From: an uncultured Gammaproteobacteria bacterium
Lineage (GTDB): Bacteria > Pseudomonadota > Gammaproteobacteria > CAMYKB01
DNA: 64,000 nucleotides
NCBI GenBank assembly: GCA_947258875.1
Contig: CAMYKB010000011.1
Span: 9,053 to 73,052 of the forward strand
Direction: 5' to 3'
The notes below the pieces were generated by a model, which had not been told where the DNA came from, made no database searches, and was given only the letters and a program-made list of their open reading frames with translations. Both the position numbers and the translations under genes were made by a program. How positions within the stretch are numbered: the first letter of the stretch is position 1; every line of letters begins with the position of its first letter. Positions 38,227 through 49,801 of this stretch are shown here, piece by piece.

Positions 38227-38958
38227 ATGCCCCAAAGTCACGCAATAGTCGCAGCCCTCAAAAAGGCACTCAAGGCAAACAGCCTCACCTACTGGGACGT
38301 GGCAAAGCAACTTGGCTTGAGCGAAGCCAGCGTGAAACGCTTGTTCGCCACAAGTCACTTTTCCCTGACTCGCCTGGATAGCATCTGCCAGATGCTCGGA
38401 CTGGAGATCTCCGACATCGCCAGCATGGCTGAAGCTGAAAGCAAAAAAGTCCATCAGCTCAGCCATGAACAAGAACTCGAACTGGTATCAGACATTCGCC
38501 TGCTGCTGGTCTCTTTTCTGGTACTAAATCGCTGGAACTTCGAAGATATTGTTTCTCATTACGAGCTAACGCAAAATCAACTGGTGCGCTACCTGGCAAA
38601 ACTCGACAAGCTCAAGCTTGTCGAACTCTTACCACATAACAAGATCAAACTGCGCGTGTCGCCACACTTTAGCTGGCGCAAGAACGGACCCATTCAGAAA
38701 TTCTTCACATCAAAATTACAGGACGATTTTCTGGCTAGCCGTTTCGATAATAAAAATGAATCACTGATATTTCTTGCCGGTATGTTATCGAGAACCTCCA
38801 TTGAAAAAATGCTGGATAAATTAAAACAACTCTCCGATGACTTTAATGAGCTAAACCAAAAAGACAGCCAACGGCCACTGGAGCAACGCACCGGGCATAG
38901 CCTGTTACTGGCCATCCGCCCCTGGCGGCCTGATGTTTTCGATAAGTTTTCTCGCTAG
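38227..38958 (+). CDS. XRE-family helix-turn-helix transcriptional regulator with C-terminal domain of unknown function
   Basis: HTH_XRE-like segment (LTYWDVAKQLGLSEASVKRLF). Start taken at the internal Met (MPQSHAIV) rather than the hydrophobic upstream extension. Confidence 0.6.
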   Translation: MPQSHAIVAALKKALKANSLTYWDVAKQLGLSEASVKRLFATSHFSLTRLDSICQMLGLEISDIASMAEAESKKVHQLSHEQELELVSDIRLLLVSFLVLNRWNFEDIVSHYELTQNQLVRYLAKLDKLKLVELLPHNKIKLRVSPHFSWRKNGPIQKFFTSKLQDDFLASRFDNKNESLIFLAGMLSRTSIEKMLDKLKQLSDDFNELNQKDSQRPLEQRTGHSLLLAIRPWRPDVFDKFSR

Positions 38959-38979
38959 CAATCAAATATCTCGTAACGC

Positions 38980-39010
38980 AAAAAAAAGGATTGGACATAT
39001 TGTCCAATCC
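38980..39010. terminator. rho-independent terminator for the catalase gene (minus strand)
   Basis: aaaaaaaaGGATTGGACAtatTGTCCAATCC is a perfect 10-bp stem. On the minus strand it is followed by a U-tract. Confidence 0.7.
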
Positions 39011-39031
39011 CAAATAACTGTAACTTAAAGC

Positions 39032-40513
39032 TTATGCTGCTTCGTGAGTAACACTGGCGATATCAATCCCCAGTCCTTTAGCCACACCTTCACCATACGC
39101 ATGATCAGCTTTGTAAAAGTGACCGATCTGGCGTATCTGGATATCCTGCGGTACACCTTGCATGGCAGCTACGATGTTGTCGATCAACAGACGACGCTGG
39201 TCGTCTGATATCAAACGGAACAATGCACCGGCTTGGCTGTAGTCTTCATTACCATCGCGGTGATCATAGCGATCAGCATCACCACTTATCTTGAGCGGTG
39301 GCTCGCGGTATGACGCATCATCAGCAGGTCCGCCAAAACTGTTAGGCTGGTACACCGGTGAAACCCCACCGTTGTCATCGAAGCGTGTTTGTCCATCACG
39401 ATGATAGGTATGCATTGGGCAACGCGGTTTGTTTACCGGAACACCCTGGTAATTTACGCCGACGCGGTAACGATGCGCATCCGGATAAGACAGTATCCGC
39501 GCTTGCAGCATCTTGTCGGGTGACGGCCCCATACCGGGAGGGAGGTTACCTGGCTCGAAGGTCGCCTGCTCGACTTCAGCAAAGTAATTCACGGGGTTGC
39601 GATTGAGTTCCAGCACGCCCACTTCAATCAAGGGGTAGTCTGCATGCGGCCACACCTTGGTGAGATCAAAGGGATGAATGCCATAGGTCTCCGCATCTTT
39701 CTCCGGCATGACCTGCACGTTGACCGTCCAACGTGGATATTCGCCCTTTTCGATGGACTCGAACAAATCCTGTGTATGAAAATCAGGGTTGTCACCAGCA
39801 AGCTTGGCGGCTTCGTCATTGCTCATGCACTTGATTCCCTGCTGGGTTTTGAAGTGCCATTTCACCCAGTAGCGTTCGCCTTTGTCATTCCACAAACTAA
39901 AGGTGTGACTGGAATAACCGTTTGTATGGCGTAATGTTGCCGGAATACCGCGATCTGAAAACAGAATCGTGACCTGATGCAATGACTCTGGTGAAAGTGA
40001 CCAGAAATCCCACTGCATAGTGGCATCACGCAAACCGGTTTGCGGGTGGCGCTTTTGGCTGTGAATGAAATCCGAGAATTTCAACGGATCACGCACAAAG
40101 AATACCGGCGTATTGTTACCCACCATATCCCAGTTGCCTTCTTCGGTGTAAAATTTCACGGCAAAACCGCGTGGATCGCGCACTGTATCTGCAGAGCCTT
40201 TCTCACCCGCTACTGTGGAGAAGCGCAAAAAAACTTCGGTTTCTTTACCAATCTTTTCGAACAACTTAGCACGCGTGTATTTGGTGATGTCATTGGTGAC
40301 TGTGAATGTGCCGTAAGCACCGGCGCCCTTGGCATGTACCACACGCTCCGGCACACGCTCGCGGTTGAAGTGCGCCATGCGCTCCATCAACTGATAATCC
40401 TGCATTAACACCGGACCACGCGGGCCCGCGGTCATGCTGTTCTGGTTATCGGCAACCGGCACACCGGCGCCGGTGGTCATTACTTTTTTACTACTCGACT
40501 TTTTACTAGACAT
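39032..40513 (-). CDS. katA: monofunctional haem catalase (small-subunit, clade 3 type)
   Basis: Catalase signature [18 protein letters not shown] and the proximal/distal site regions. An AAGGAG Shine-Dalgarno lies 8 nt upstream of the ATG at 40513. Confidence 0.9.
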   Translation of the reverse strand: MSSKKSSSKKVMTTGAGVPVADNQNSMTAGPRGPVLMQDYQLMERMAHFNRERVPERVVHAKGAGAYGTFTVTNDITKYTRAKLFEKIGKETEVFLRFSTVAGEKGSADTVRDPRGFAVKFYTEEGNWDMVGNNTPVFFVRDPLKFSDFIHSQKRHPQTGLRDATMQWDFWSLSPESLHQVTILFSDRGIPATLRHTNGYSSHTFSLWNDKGERYWVKWHFKTQQGIKCMSNDEAAKLAGDNPDFHTQDLFESIEKGEYPRWTVNVQVMPEKDAETYGIHPFDLTKVWPHADYPLIEVGVLELNRNPVNYFAEVEQATFEPGNLPPGMGPSPDKMLQARILSYPDAHRYRVGVNYQGVPVNKPRCPMHTYHRDGQTRFDDNGGVSPVYQPNSFGGPADDASYREPPLKISGDADRYDHRDGNEDYSQAGALFRLISDDQRRLLIDNIVAAMQGVPQDIQIRQIGHFYKADHAYGEGVAKGLGIDIASVTHEAA

Positions 40514-40523
40514 GACTTTCTCC

Positions 40524-41033
40524 TTACATCGACTGTTTAGGTTTGGGGGACTGCTTATCACTTACTTCGATAAGATGTGAAGTAACAGGGTGTTGCTGTT
40601 GAATGATTAAACCTTCAGGGCGGCTAACGACATATGCTGCCGCTACCGTAATAGCACTGATCGCAATCACTAGTGGCATACCAGACAGACCAAGCACTAC
40701 GGCTAAACCAAGCCCAGCAGTCATGCCTGCCAATGCTATCCCTTTACTACGGCGAGTGATATGACCATGATCAATGAAAGCCTCGATAACGCCACCTAGC
40801 CTTGGATGACCGTAAATACGCGCTTTTAAGCCTGGCATACTCTTTGCCCCAAGCATCATTGCCAAGATCCAGAAAATAGTGGTTGGCAATAGCGGCATAA
40901 ATATACCCACCGCACCGATGGCGAAGCAGCTCATTGCAATAACCTGCTGCAGACGCTGCTTCATCCGGTAACCCAGACCTGACGCTGCAAGCGCTACCGT
41001 ATTCACTGTCAATTCCTGTATTTGCATAGTCAT
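40524..41033 (-). CDS. DUF454 (YbaN) family inner-membrane protein
   Basis: [16 protein letters not shown] is the DUF454 hallmark. The start may instead be the internal Met at ~40964 (MKQRL...). Confidence 0.65.
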   Translation of the reverse strand: MTMQIQELTVNTVALAASGLGYRMKQRLQQVIAMSCFAIGAVGIFMPLLPTTIFWILAMMLGAKSMPGLKARIYGHPRLGGVIEAFIDHGHITRRSKGIALAGMTAGLGLAVVLGLSGMPLVIAISAITVAAAYVVSRPEGLIIQQQHPVTSHLIEVSDKQSPKPKQSM

Positions 41034-42253
41034 TATTCCCAGATAAAGAAGTAGCCGTAAGCGACAAGCACCGCGGGTATTGCGCTATACAAGGTGGCAC
41101 ATAACGCCGCCTTGGGAGCGACCGCAAGTGCGGGGAACAGTGCGTCACCATCATTACTGATGGCATTCCCTAATTGTGCCGAGAGCGGAATGCCACCACT
41201 TAAATAAAGTGATGTGACAACGATTTGTGGACCACAACCGGGAACAAAACCAGCCAGAATTGCAATTGCGGGAATCAGCGCACCCCAGGTGCTGAATGCC
41301 ACAGCGAGATCAATACCCGAGGCATGCACCACAAGTTCGTAACTGACGAACGCAAACACCACCCAGGTGGTAATAAAATTGGTGTTGTCGATCAGCTTGC
41401 GTGCAACCGATGCATCCGCGTCAAGGGTGCAGGATTCATCGCTTTCACAAGAGCGCGATTCTTCGCCGCCGCGTTGCACCCACATACCGACGGCCAATGC
41501 CGCGCCAACGGTTCCCAAGAGCACCGCCGGTTCAGACACAAGCGTTGATAAACCCACACTGGATAACAGCATCGTGAGATACGCATCCACGTCTAACTGG
41601 AACGCAGCGAGCAAGCCAATCATGATGCCCGGCACCATTAATAAGAGCCACAAACGCTCGGCAACCGTGAATTTGCGCGGCTTCCATGATTGATTGGCCA
41701 CGGTATTAACTGTGTCAGGCTCGGATTTTGCTCGCATGAAAGATGGCTTATGAATGGCGTCGACGGTGTAACCCGAAATCACGCCTACCACCACACCCAG
41801 CGCCAGCACTCCGATCCCTGTTGTTGGCTCACGCGCCAACAACAGAAACATTGCATCACCCATGGTAGCTGTCAGCGTGGCCACCACACCGCCGAAACTG
41901 AGATAGCCGCGGCTATATTGGGTAACAGCGACGATAGCTCCACCACAACCGGGGAATGCGCCAAGCAAACCTGCAACCGGGACTTGCCAGCGTTGGTATC
42001 GATGGAGAAAATGACCCAGGTCAGTCTTGAAGGCACGTTCCAACCCGTGCACCAATGCCAAAGTACCGGCAACAAACACCGCCACCGCCAGATAGGCGTC
42101 ACTCAGGGCCTGGCGGGCCACTTCAGGCGCACCTGGTATCATCATTACCGGGATAGTCAGTGCCATCACCGCCAACACGCGCTTGGCAATCGACGGCATG
42201 CCCCTCCACGAGCTGCCGACTGATTTCTCCAGGTTTAGAATCAACGTTGTCAT
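41033..42253 (-). CDS. 10–12-TM permease with internally duplicated PGCG motifs (putative metal/redox-related transporter)
   Basis: Two homologous halves, each carrying a (F/V)PGCG(G/P) motif in a TM region. First gene of the operon divergent from oxyR. Confidence 0.55.
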   Translation of the reverse strand: MTTLILNLEKSVGSSWRGMPSIAKRVLAVMALTIPVMMIPGAPEVARQALSDAYLAVAVFVAGTLALVHGLERAFKTDLGHFLHRYQRWQVPVAGLLGAFPGCGGAIVAVTQYSRGYLSFGGVVATLTATMGDAMFLLLAREPTTGIGVLALGVVVGVISGYTVDAIHKPSFMRAKSEPDTVNTVANQSWKPRKFTVAERLWLLLMVPGIMIGLLAAFQLDVDAYLTMLLSSVGLSTLVSEPAVLLGTVGAALAVGMWVQRGGEESRSCESDESCTLDADASVARKLIDNTNFITTWVVFAFVSYELVVHASGIDLAVAFSTWGALIPAIAILAGFVPGCGPQIVVTSLYLSGGIPLSAQLGNAISNDGDALFPALAVAPKAALCATLYSAIPAVLVAYGYFFIWE

Positions 42254-42421
42254 ATCGTATTCAGCATTTCTCTGATTTTGAGCGCTAACCGGGAATGCCC
42301 GGTTTTAGACTTGATCTAAATATAGCGCCCATGCAACAATAGTTATAATCGTTTATTTATATCATTACGATAGGTGTTGACGATCAATGAATGATGCTGA
42401 ACAAGAGAGGTCAACCGCAGC

Positions 42422-43339
42422 ATGAATCTTAGAGATCTCAAGTACTTACAAGCGGTAGCCGAACGTCAGCACTTCGGTAAGGCGGCTGAAGCCTGTCACG
42501 TGAGCCAGCCGACCTTGAGCGGTCAGGTACGCAAACTGGAAGAATTCCTGGGCGTGACGCTATTTGAACGCACCAATAAAACGGTCTCCATCACACCGGT
42601 CGGTGAAGCAATTCTCAAGCACGCCAGACTTGCACTGGAACAAATCGAGCTCATCGAGGGCATAGCCCAGGCCCACCGCGACCCGCTGGCTGGTCCACTC
42701 AACCTGGGGGCCATACCCACCATCAGCCCGTACCTGATGCCTCTGATCCTGCGGCCGCTGAAAACTCAGTACCCGCAACTCCACCTGAACTTATCGGAAG
42801 AGATCACCACGAGCTTGCAGGAACACATAAAAAATCATGAACTGGATATGGCGCTCATCGCAACGCCTGTGGGAGATCCGGAATTAACTACACTGCCGCT
42901 GTTCGATGAGCCATTCTGGCTGGCCATGCCACGCGACCACGCGTTGTATAACGAGGACGTTATACAACGTAAACAGCTCTATGAGCTGCCACTGTTGCTC
43001 TTGGCGGATGGCCACTGTCTTGCACAACAAGTGATGGACGTTTGCAATATAAAAGATCGCCGTACCAGCGACACGATTGGTGATTTACGTGCATCAAGTC
43101 TGCAAACCATACTACAGATGGTCAGTGCTGGATTTGGTTGCACCCTGGTACCGGCACTCGCAATAGGTGGCAGCTGGACAACTGATACCGGTGTGGTGAT
43201 TCGATCACTCGAGCAGATTCCGGAGGCTCATCGCCGCATCTCACTGGTTTATCGAAAAAGCTTCCCGCGGATGCGTGTTATTGAAGAACTTGCCGGTCTG
43301 ATCAAGGAAAATTTACCAAACACGGTAAAACCGCTGTGA
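42422..43339 (+). CDS. oxyR: hydrogen peroxide-inducible genes activator OxyR (LysR family)
   Basis: Near-collinear with E. coli OxyR: MNLRDLKYLQAVAE...CHVSQPTLSGQVRKLE, and the redox cysteines in ...LLADGHCLAQQVMDVCN (equivalent to Cys199 and Cys208). Confidence 0.9.
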   Translation: MNLRDLKYLQAVAERQHFGKAAEACHVSQPTLSGQVRKLEEFLGVTLFERTNKTVSITPVGEAILKHARLALEQIELIEGIAQAHRDPLAGPLNLGAIPTISPYLMPLILRPLKTQYPQLHLNLSEEITTSLQEHIKNHELDMALIATPVGDPELTTLPLFDEPFWLAMPRDHALYNEDVIQRKQLYELPLLLLADGHCLAQQVMDVCNIKDRRTSDTIGDLRASSLQTILQMVSAGFGCTLVPALAIGGSWTTDTGVVIRSLEQIPEAHRRISLVYRKSFPRMRVIEELAGLIKENLPNTVKPL

Positions 43340-43364
43340 GAAAAAAAAGATACTCCCTTGTCTA

Positions 43365-46300
43365 TTAGCTAGGCCTCGATGGCGATGAGAGATAACGCTC
43401 CGGATGTTGCTGCCGTAGCAGCAGGTTGCGCACTTTCCATTCATCTTTGGGGTCCAGCTCATCGACAAAATTCGTCTTACCGCTAACATGTATAGCGACT
43501 GGCACACCGTCGCGGAACAGGATGCGGTTGTTAGCCTGTGCCGGGACACGATCACCCGGCATAATGATACCAACAAGATTGAGTGGATCAGCGGCAGAGA
43601 TAGCAATTAGCTTACCCTGATCGTGATTGTTGCGTTGCTTCCGGAGTGCGCCCACCGCTTCCGGTAATGCATATTGTTCGCCGCTCATACCGGTGATGAA
43701 ACGACCGCCGCGCACTTCACCACGCGCCTCCATGCGGCGGTAGACATACAACAGCTCCCGCCAAGATGGTAGATGCGCTTCCCTCTCCAATACTTTGCGA
43801 AATACTACGCCATAACGGCGTAACAACACATAAGCGATATGCTCGATGGCGGCGCGTTGTTCTTGCAGCGCATCTTCAGCGGGTTTTCGTGTTTGTTTCA
43901 ATAGCGACCAACGTCCGGCTTGCTCGATACCGCCGATAGGATTGTGACGTCGGCGGCGGCTCTTATGTTTGCCCTTGGTAATCAGTGCGCGCAAACCTGC
44001 GAAGCTATCAGCCGTGATCAAACCGCGCGCCACCAACTCACCCAGCGCATCCTGTACTTGAGTTCGCAACAAACCACTATCCTGCAACACATCATCAAAA
44101 AATGACGCGCCATGTGCTTGCAAGACTTCGAATGTCTGTTGTGCTGAAGAGGACAAGGTCTCTGTATTCACCTGTGGCACCGGCGTTAATGCACGCCATA
44201 GTCGGATATGACTGCGCGACAATAGCGTAATCGGCGTACTGCGTACGGGCGATGCATTACGCTTTGCCTCGGGTTTATCTTTGGGTAGTGCCAAACGCTG
44301 CCAGGTAATACGCCCCGAGGTACAAAGGTTATCCAACCAATGCGTGAAATAGCCTTGCAAGCGCGCCGGAATCACATCGCTCTCCCAAGCCGCAGCCGGT
44401 AGCGCAAAACCCTCAAGCTGGACAATGATGTCCGCCAACGCCTCCTGACCCTCGCGGAGCTCATCCAGATGCTGCCACTGCAACAGAAAACGCATATAAG
44501 CTGCAGGCGAAACGGGTTCGATCTCACTACGCAATTGTTTCAAAGTATAACGGTGAATACGCGCGAGTAACCCTCGTTCGCACCATTCAGTTTCACGCGC
44601 ATCCTCAGTGAACCGCCCCTGAATAACATAGCCCTCTTGCTCCAGGGCAAGCAACGCTGTTTCAGTTTGGGATAAATCAACACCAAAGTGTTGCCCAAGC
44701 TGCTTAACTGTCACTGGACCCAAGCCTTCCAGGCGTGAGCGGATGATTTCCAGCAGTGCTGTTTGTTCATCGAGCGCTTGCGCACTACTGCCTGCCAATG
44801 GCGTGATGTCGGGCAACAATCCAGCATTCGGAAATATACATAACAATTCCAGCAAACGTTCGACAGACACCCACAACACATTACCGGCAGGTGTTGTTAA
44901 ACGTGTTGCACGTTTATCCTGCACCAGCGAGTCAAATAAATGCCGCCAGTCGGATCCAAATATTCCGTCTGTGGATACAGCCAACGGTCCGCGCAGACCC
45001 TCTTCCTCGGTTAGAAAACCCATTACAAGTAATGCGTCATGTAGTTCATCGGGGGTACGCGGTTCGGGCCAGGCCTGTTCACGCACCTGCTGGATGGCTT
45101 GCGGATCAAGTCGTCCCAGTTCGGCAGCACTGGCCGGATCCATATAACGCCGCTGCTGAACGGCCTGAGTGCGGCGCTCTTCGGCAGGCGCATCGTCAAG
45201 AAAGGCATAGGGACGTGCATTTAAAATTTCCTGCGCAAGCGGTGAAGGGCTGGTGAGGTCACAGGTAATCAGTTCAATATCACCCCGCTCCAGTTGTCTC
45301 AACACATGCTCAAGCCCGTCGATATCCATATTGTCGTGCAGACAATCGTTCAGGGTCTGCTGCACCAGTGGATGATCAGGAATTTCGCGGTTGCCGGCGA
45401 TATTTTCCAGGCAGGCGAGTTGATCGGGAAACACCACGGCGATCAGGTCTTCCGCGTCGGCACGCTGAAACTGCGCCGGCTGGCGCTTGCCGCCGTACAT
45501 GCGTTTCACCGCCAACGCAATACTCGCATCCCAACGCCAGCGCGCCTCGAATATTGGCGCATCCAGCAAGGCCTGTGTCAGCACATCACGCACGCTGTTT
45601 GATTTCAGATAGTCCGCCACCTCCGCCAAGGCAAAACTGTGCGTGGGACCGAGTGATAACACGACATTATCTTCAGTGGCCGCCGCTTGTAACTCGAAAT
45701 TAAATTTGCGACAGAACCGTTTACGTAGCGCGAGACCCCAGGCGCGGTTGATACGCGAACCAAAGGGCGCGTGAATAACGAAATGCATGTCACCCATTTC
45801 ATCAAAAAAACGTTCGAAGGCAATTTTATGCTGGGTGGGAATGGCGCCTAGCGCAGCGCGCGCCGCTGCCAGGTACTCGGCCAATTGATATGCAGCGGCC
45901 TGCGGCAGATCGAGTTCCGCTTGTAACCAGTCGACCGCTGCCAATACGCCGCCAGCCAGTGTTTCATCCAGCGTTTCGCGCAGGCGCGATACCGACATCG
46001 ATAATTCATCACTGCGCCCCGGCGCCTCACCAAACCAGAATGGAATATTCGGCGGCTGACCTTTGGCATCTTCAACGATGACCGCACCCTTGCGTGTCTC
46101 AACCTTGAGGATACGATATGAGGTATTGCCGAGTTGAAAAATATCTCCCGGTAAACTCTCGAAAGCGAAGTCTTCGTTAAGTGTACCGATAAAGATATCT
46201 TCCGGCGCCAACATGACTTTAAAATCAAATTGATCTGGAATCGTGCCACCATTGGTTATCGCCGTGAGACGCGCGCCCCGGCGTGGCCGTAAACGGCCAT

Positions 46301-47714
46301 TCACTACATCCCGGTGCAGGTAAGCACTTCGTCGGCCACGCCGGGTAGAAAAACCTTCAGCCAACATTTTGATAACAGATATATAAGCCTCACGCGTTAG
46401 CTTGCGATATGGCCATGCCTTGTGCAGGTTGTCGAACAAAGCCCGTTCGTCTTGTTCGCCATTGGCAACCTCGGCGACGATTTGCTGCGCCAACACATCC
46501 AGCGGATGTTCTGGAATGTGAATACGATCCAGTTCATCGCGACGCACCGCGTCCAGCAACGCTGTACACTCCACCAGTTCATCGCGCGACAGCGGGAACA
46601 ATCTGCCCTTGGGTGTTTCGCCCACCGCATGTCCGGAACGGCCAACACGTTGCAGCAAGGCAGCGATGGAACGCGGCGAGCCAAGCTGACACACCAGATC
46701 GACATCACCGATGTCAATACCGAGTTCCAGCGAGGCAGTTGCTACCAGTGCACGCAACTTGCCCGCCTTCAGGCGTTGCTCCGCGTTCAGGCGATGCTCC
46801 TTGGCGAGACTACCATGGTGTGCCGTAACATGTTCTTCACCAATACGCTCGGCCAGAAACCGTGCGGCGCGCTCTGCAAGGCGGCGGGTATTGACGAAAA
46901 TTAATGTAGTACGGTGTTCTTCAACCAGCTCCGCGAGGCGGTCATAAATTTCCTGCCACACTTCGCCAGACATGATCGCTTCCAGTGGCGCTTTGGGCAC
47001 TTCCAGTGCCAGATCACGTTCACGCACATGGCCGGTATCAACAATCGTGCAATCGTTGCTGACACCCGTAAGAAATTTCGCCATTTCCTCGATCGGTTTT
47101 TGCGTGGCTGATAAACCGACGCGTACCGGTGGCGTGTGACACAATCCAGATAAACGCTCCAAAGACAAACTCAAGTGTGCGCCGCGCTTATTACCTGCCA
47201 GCGCATGAATCTCATCGACAATGACTGTGCGCACAGTGCGCAACATCTGCCGCCCGGACTCCGACGTCAACAGGATATATAAGGACTCCGGGGTGGTCAC
47301 CACGATATGCGGCGGCTGCTTACGCATGCGCTCGCGCTCGCCCGGTGGCGTATCACCCGTGCGCACCCAGGCTTGGATATCAACATCCGACAGGCCCTGT
47401 TCGAGCAATTGATCGCGAACCCCATGCAGCGGTTCCTGCAGGTTTTTTTGCACATCATTTGAGAGCGCCTTCAGCGGCGAGACGTACAGCACGTGGCACA
47501 CATTTTCGAGCCCACATTCCAGGCCTTCGCGCACCAATGCGTCGATAGCAGCAAGAAATGCCGCCAGCGTTTTACCTGCACCCGTCGGCGCCGCGATCAA
47601 AACATGGCTGCCCTGTCGAATCGCCGGCCATGCCTGAGCCTGAGCTTCGGTCGGGCTAGCAAAGCGCCTTGAAAACCACGCGCTGACGACAGGATGAAAT
47701 TCACTCAAAGGCAT
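43365..47714 (-). CDS. lhr: large ATP-dependent DEAH-box helicase Lhr
   Basis: About 1450 aa. N-terminal Lhr-type helicase core ([16 protein letters not shown]) and a long Lhr C-terminal extension. Confidence 0.85.
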   Translation of the reverse strand: MPLSEFHPVVSAWFSRRFASPTEAQAQAWPAIRQGSHVLIAAPTGAGKTLAAFLAAIDALVREGLECGLENVCHVLYVSPLKALSNDVQKNLQEPLHGVRDQLLEQGLSDVDIQAWVRTGDTPPGERERMRKQPPHIVVTTPESLYILLTSESGRQMLRTVRTVIVDEIHALAGNKRGAHLSLSLERLSGLCHTPPVRVGLSATQKPIEEMAKFLTGVSNDCTIVDTGHVRERDLALEVPKAPLEAIMSGEVWQEIYDRLAELVEEHRTTLIFVNTRRLAERAARFLAERIGEEHVTAHHGSLAKEHRLNAEQRLKAGKLRALVATASLELGIDIGDVDLVCQLGSPRSIAALLQRVGRSGHAVGETPKGRLFPLSRDELVECTALLDAVRRDELDRIHIPEHPLDVLAQQIVAEVANGEQDERALFDNLHKAWPYRKLTREAYISVIKMLAEGFSTRRGRRSAYLHRDVVNGRLRPRRGARLTAITNGGTIPDQFDFKVMLAPEDIFIGTLNEDFAFESLPGDIFQLGNTSYRILKVETRKGAVIVEDAKGQPPNIPFWFGEAPGRSDELSMSVSRLRETLDETLAGGVLAAVDWLQAELDLPQAAAYQLAEYLAAARAALGAIPTQHKIAFERFFDEMGDMHFVIHAPFGSRINRAWGLALRKRFCRKFNFELQAAATEDNVVLSLGPTHSFALAEVADYLKSNSVRDVLTQALLDAPIFEARWRWDASIALAVKRMYGGKRQPAQFQRADAEDLIAVVFPDQLACLENIAGNREIPDHPLVQQTLNDCLHDNMDIDGLEHVLRQLERGDIELITCDLTSPSPLAQEILNARPYAFLDDAPAEERRTQAVQQRRYMDPASAAELGRLDPQAIQQVREQAWPEPRTPDELHDALLVMGFLTEEEGLRGPLAVSTDGIFGSDWRHLFDSLVQDKRATRLTTPAGNVLWVSVERLLELLCIFPNAGLLPDITPLAGSSAQALDEQTALLEIIRSRLEGLGPVTVKQLGQHFGVDLSQTETALLALEQEGYVIQGRFTEDARETEWCERGLLARIHRYTLKQLRSEIEPVSPAAYMRFLLQWQHLDELREGQEALADIIVQLEGFALPAAAWESDVIPARLQGYFTHWLDNLCTSGRITWQRLALPKDKPEAKRNASPVRSTPITLLSRSHIRLWRALTPVPQVNTETLSSSAQQTFEVLQAHGASFFDDVLQDSGLLRTQVQDALGELVARGLITADSFAGLRALITKGKHKSRRRRHNPIGGIEQAGRWSLLKQTRKPAEDALQEQRAAIEHIAYVLLRRYGVVFRKVLEREAHLPSWRELLYVYRRMEARGEVRGGRFITGMSGEQYALPEAVGALRKQRNNHDQGKLIAISAADPLNLVGIIMPGDRVPAQANNRILFRDGVPVAIHVSGKTNFVDELDPKDEWKVRNLLLRQQHPERYLSSPSRPS

Positions 47715-48108
47715 TGGCTGATCATAGCGCAGATGGCATTTATACGGGAATGCCGTTAGTCTGAACGGATACCTACCTAACGATATAGAAATCAATGCAT
47801 TATGGAATATATCGGGACTTAATGACTGTGTTAGCGCCTATTTAGCACAACGTACGGCGCTATGGCGCCGTACGTGTACATTGTGCAAGGTGTTTCTATT
47901 TTTCTTATTTATGCATAACAGCTACTACACGTCCCCTCTGGATTCCTATAGTTAACTTTATGATTTATTGATACTGATAGGTATTGCATTGATTTTTTTA
48001 TAACCAACCAATTCGCGCCCTATTATCAAACCATACATATCGGACAATATCTTGTTGGTTACATTTGTAAAAAATAATTCGAATCGCCTGACTCCACTAA
48101 CGCACCGA

Positions 48109-48654
48109 TCAATCAGCCGATTTCTTCTTCACACTACGTCGCCGCGTGGTTTTCTTGGGTGACTTTGACGGTAATGCAAACCAGTCCTCTTTGGTGACTT
48201 CATGGAAATAGTCAGCATCTTCTCTTAAGAGCCTTGATGTAGTTTTGGCGACAGCGGCAATCTCCACCCGTACTCCTTCCGTTTTCAGGTGCTTAACCAG
48301 TTCGATGTAATCGGAATCGCCCGACATAATAATAATCGTATCGACCTTGCTGGCGAGCTGCATGGCCTTGATGCTCAGCGGGATGTCGGCGCTCTTGTGA
48401 CAGGGCCTTACTGAGCCGTGGTAATTCTGGTGCAGGCGCTCCTGCAATTTGGCGGATATCTGCTTGCCCTCGCGGAAGTAGACCAGACGGTTGAGGGCGC
48501 GATTGTCCAGCAACCTCGGAATCAGGGTGTCGAAGTTGAGCATGGTCTGGGGATTGCTTGTCTCTTCATGGATACTGCGCTCAATGTTGTTGCCATCAAT
48601 CAGGATAGCCACAGACTGACTGATGATCACGTCTTCGGGTTTGGATTGAGTCAT
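48109..48654 (-). CDS. NYN domain (LabA-like) protein with basic C-terminal tail
   Basis: VAILIDGNNI at the N-terminus plus conserved Asp positions of the NYN/PIN-like fold. KKTTRRRSVKKKSAD tail. Confidence 0.65.
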   Translation of the reverse strand: MTQSKPEDVIISQSVAILIDGNNIERSIHEETSNPQTMLNFDTLIPRLLDNRALNRLVYFREGKQISAKLQERLHQNYHGSVRPCHKSADIPLSIKAMQLASKVDTIIIMSGDSDYIELVKHLKTEGVRVEIAAVAKTTSRLLREDADYFHEVTKEDWFALPSKSPKKTTRRRSVKKKSAD

Positions 48655-48785
48655 CGTTGTTATTCCCGCAAATAAAATGATTACGCTGATATGGGTTATC
48701 GTCATTGGCGCGTATGAACCTGTATTGCTCACGCCTGCTTTGTCGGCAAATAGGTTAAACTATAACACTACTCAGTGATTGGAGG

Positions 48786-49034
48786 ATGACTATGCGCGGG
48801 ATAGTTCCCCCGGACCCGGAAACCGAAGTCTCCCAAGTGAGATTTGCTGTAGTGTACGTACCCAAGCGCAGCCGCAAGCGCTTCGCGGCCAACTGTGTAG
48901 ACGTCATGGATACCTGTGAAGCGGCCGTTTCAAACGCAGACCCTGAGGCGAAGCGCTATGCCGCCCGCGTGGTCGGCCCCTCCAAGTCCTCGGAAGGTCA
49001 GTACATCTATTACCTGGCCGAGTGGCTGGAATAG
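48786..49034 (+). CDS. small hypothetical protein (82 aa)
   Basis: ORF with plausible codon usage. No recognisable motif. Confidence 0.35.
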   Translation: MTMRGIVPPDPETEVSQVRFAVVYVPKRSRKRFAANCVDVMDTCEAAVSNADPEAKRYAARVVGPSKSSEGQYIYYLAEWLE

Positions 49035-49096
49035 GCTTTTGATTTACCGTTAAAGCTGGCCTATGCTGAAGCCGTACCCAACGCCGGTAGCCGCTT

Positions 49097-49801
49097 ATGT
49101 CCCACATCTACAAGAACTGTTGTTTACTGTTTCTGTTGATCTCATCTGCACTGTTGTTTCCGGCACAGGCACGGGAACAGAATGCCTATCCTGGCATCAA
49201 CCTGCCATTTGAAAATCCCGACTTTGAAGAGTGGGTGCAACGCTTCGAGCGTGAAGGCCGCGAAATTTACGATCGACGCCATGAAATAGTTGATTCTCTG
49301 GACCTCAAACCCGGAACCGTGATCGCTGATATCGGAGCTGGCACCGGGCTGTTCACCAAGTTGTTTTCACCGAAAGTGGGCGTTAATGGCAAGGTCTATG
49401 CGGTTGATATTTCCAAAGTCTTTGTCGACAACATCCGGCGTCTCAGCAGGGAGATGGGGCTTGACAATGTAGAAGCCGTGCTCAATACACCCGATGATGT
49501 CAAACTGCCTTACGCTGCCGTTGATATCGCCTTCATTTGCGATACCTACCACCACTTTGAATATCCGCAAACAACCCTGGCATCGATCCATCGTAGTTTG
49601 AGGCTCGGCGGCGAATTGATCGTTATCGATTACCGCAAACTGAAGGGCACCAGCAGCAACTGGGTGATGAGCCATGTTCGTGCAGACAAAGCCGCGGTGA
49701 TAAAGGAAATAGAAGCCGCCGGCTTCGAGTTTATTGAGGAAGAAGATATTCTGCGTACGAATTACTTTTTGCGCTTCCGGCGTATCGAGCTCATGTCGTA
49801 A
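49097..49801 (+). CDS. class I SAM-dependent methyltransferase with signal peptide
   Basis: Motif I DIGAGTGLFT and the post-I acidic residue (VYAVDIS). Cleavable-looking N-terminal signal. Confidence 0.75.
   Translation: MSHIYKNCCLLFLLISSALLFPAQAREQNAYPGINLPFENPDFEEWVQRFEREGREIYDRRHEIVDSLDLKPGTVIADIGAGTGLFTKLFSPKVGVNGKVYAVDISKVFVDNIRRLSREMGLDNVEAVLNTPDDVKLPYAAVDIAFICDTYHHFEYPQTTLASIHRSLRLGGELIVIDYRKLKGTSSNWVMSHVRADKAAVIKEIEAAGFEFIEEEDILRTNYFLRFRRIELMS

Noticed and set aside
42254-42421. Definite OxyR operator call
   Set aside because: Several ATAG elements are present, but their spacing (17 and 31 bp) does not match the 10-bp periodic ATAG-N7-CTAT tetramer pattern. It is left as a hypothesis inside the oxyR-locus finding.
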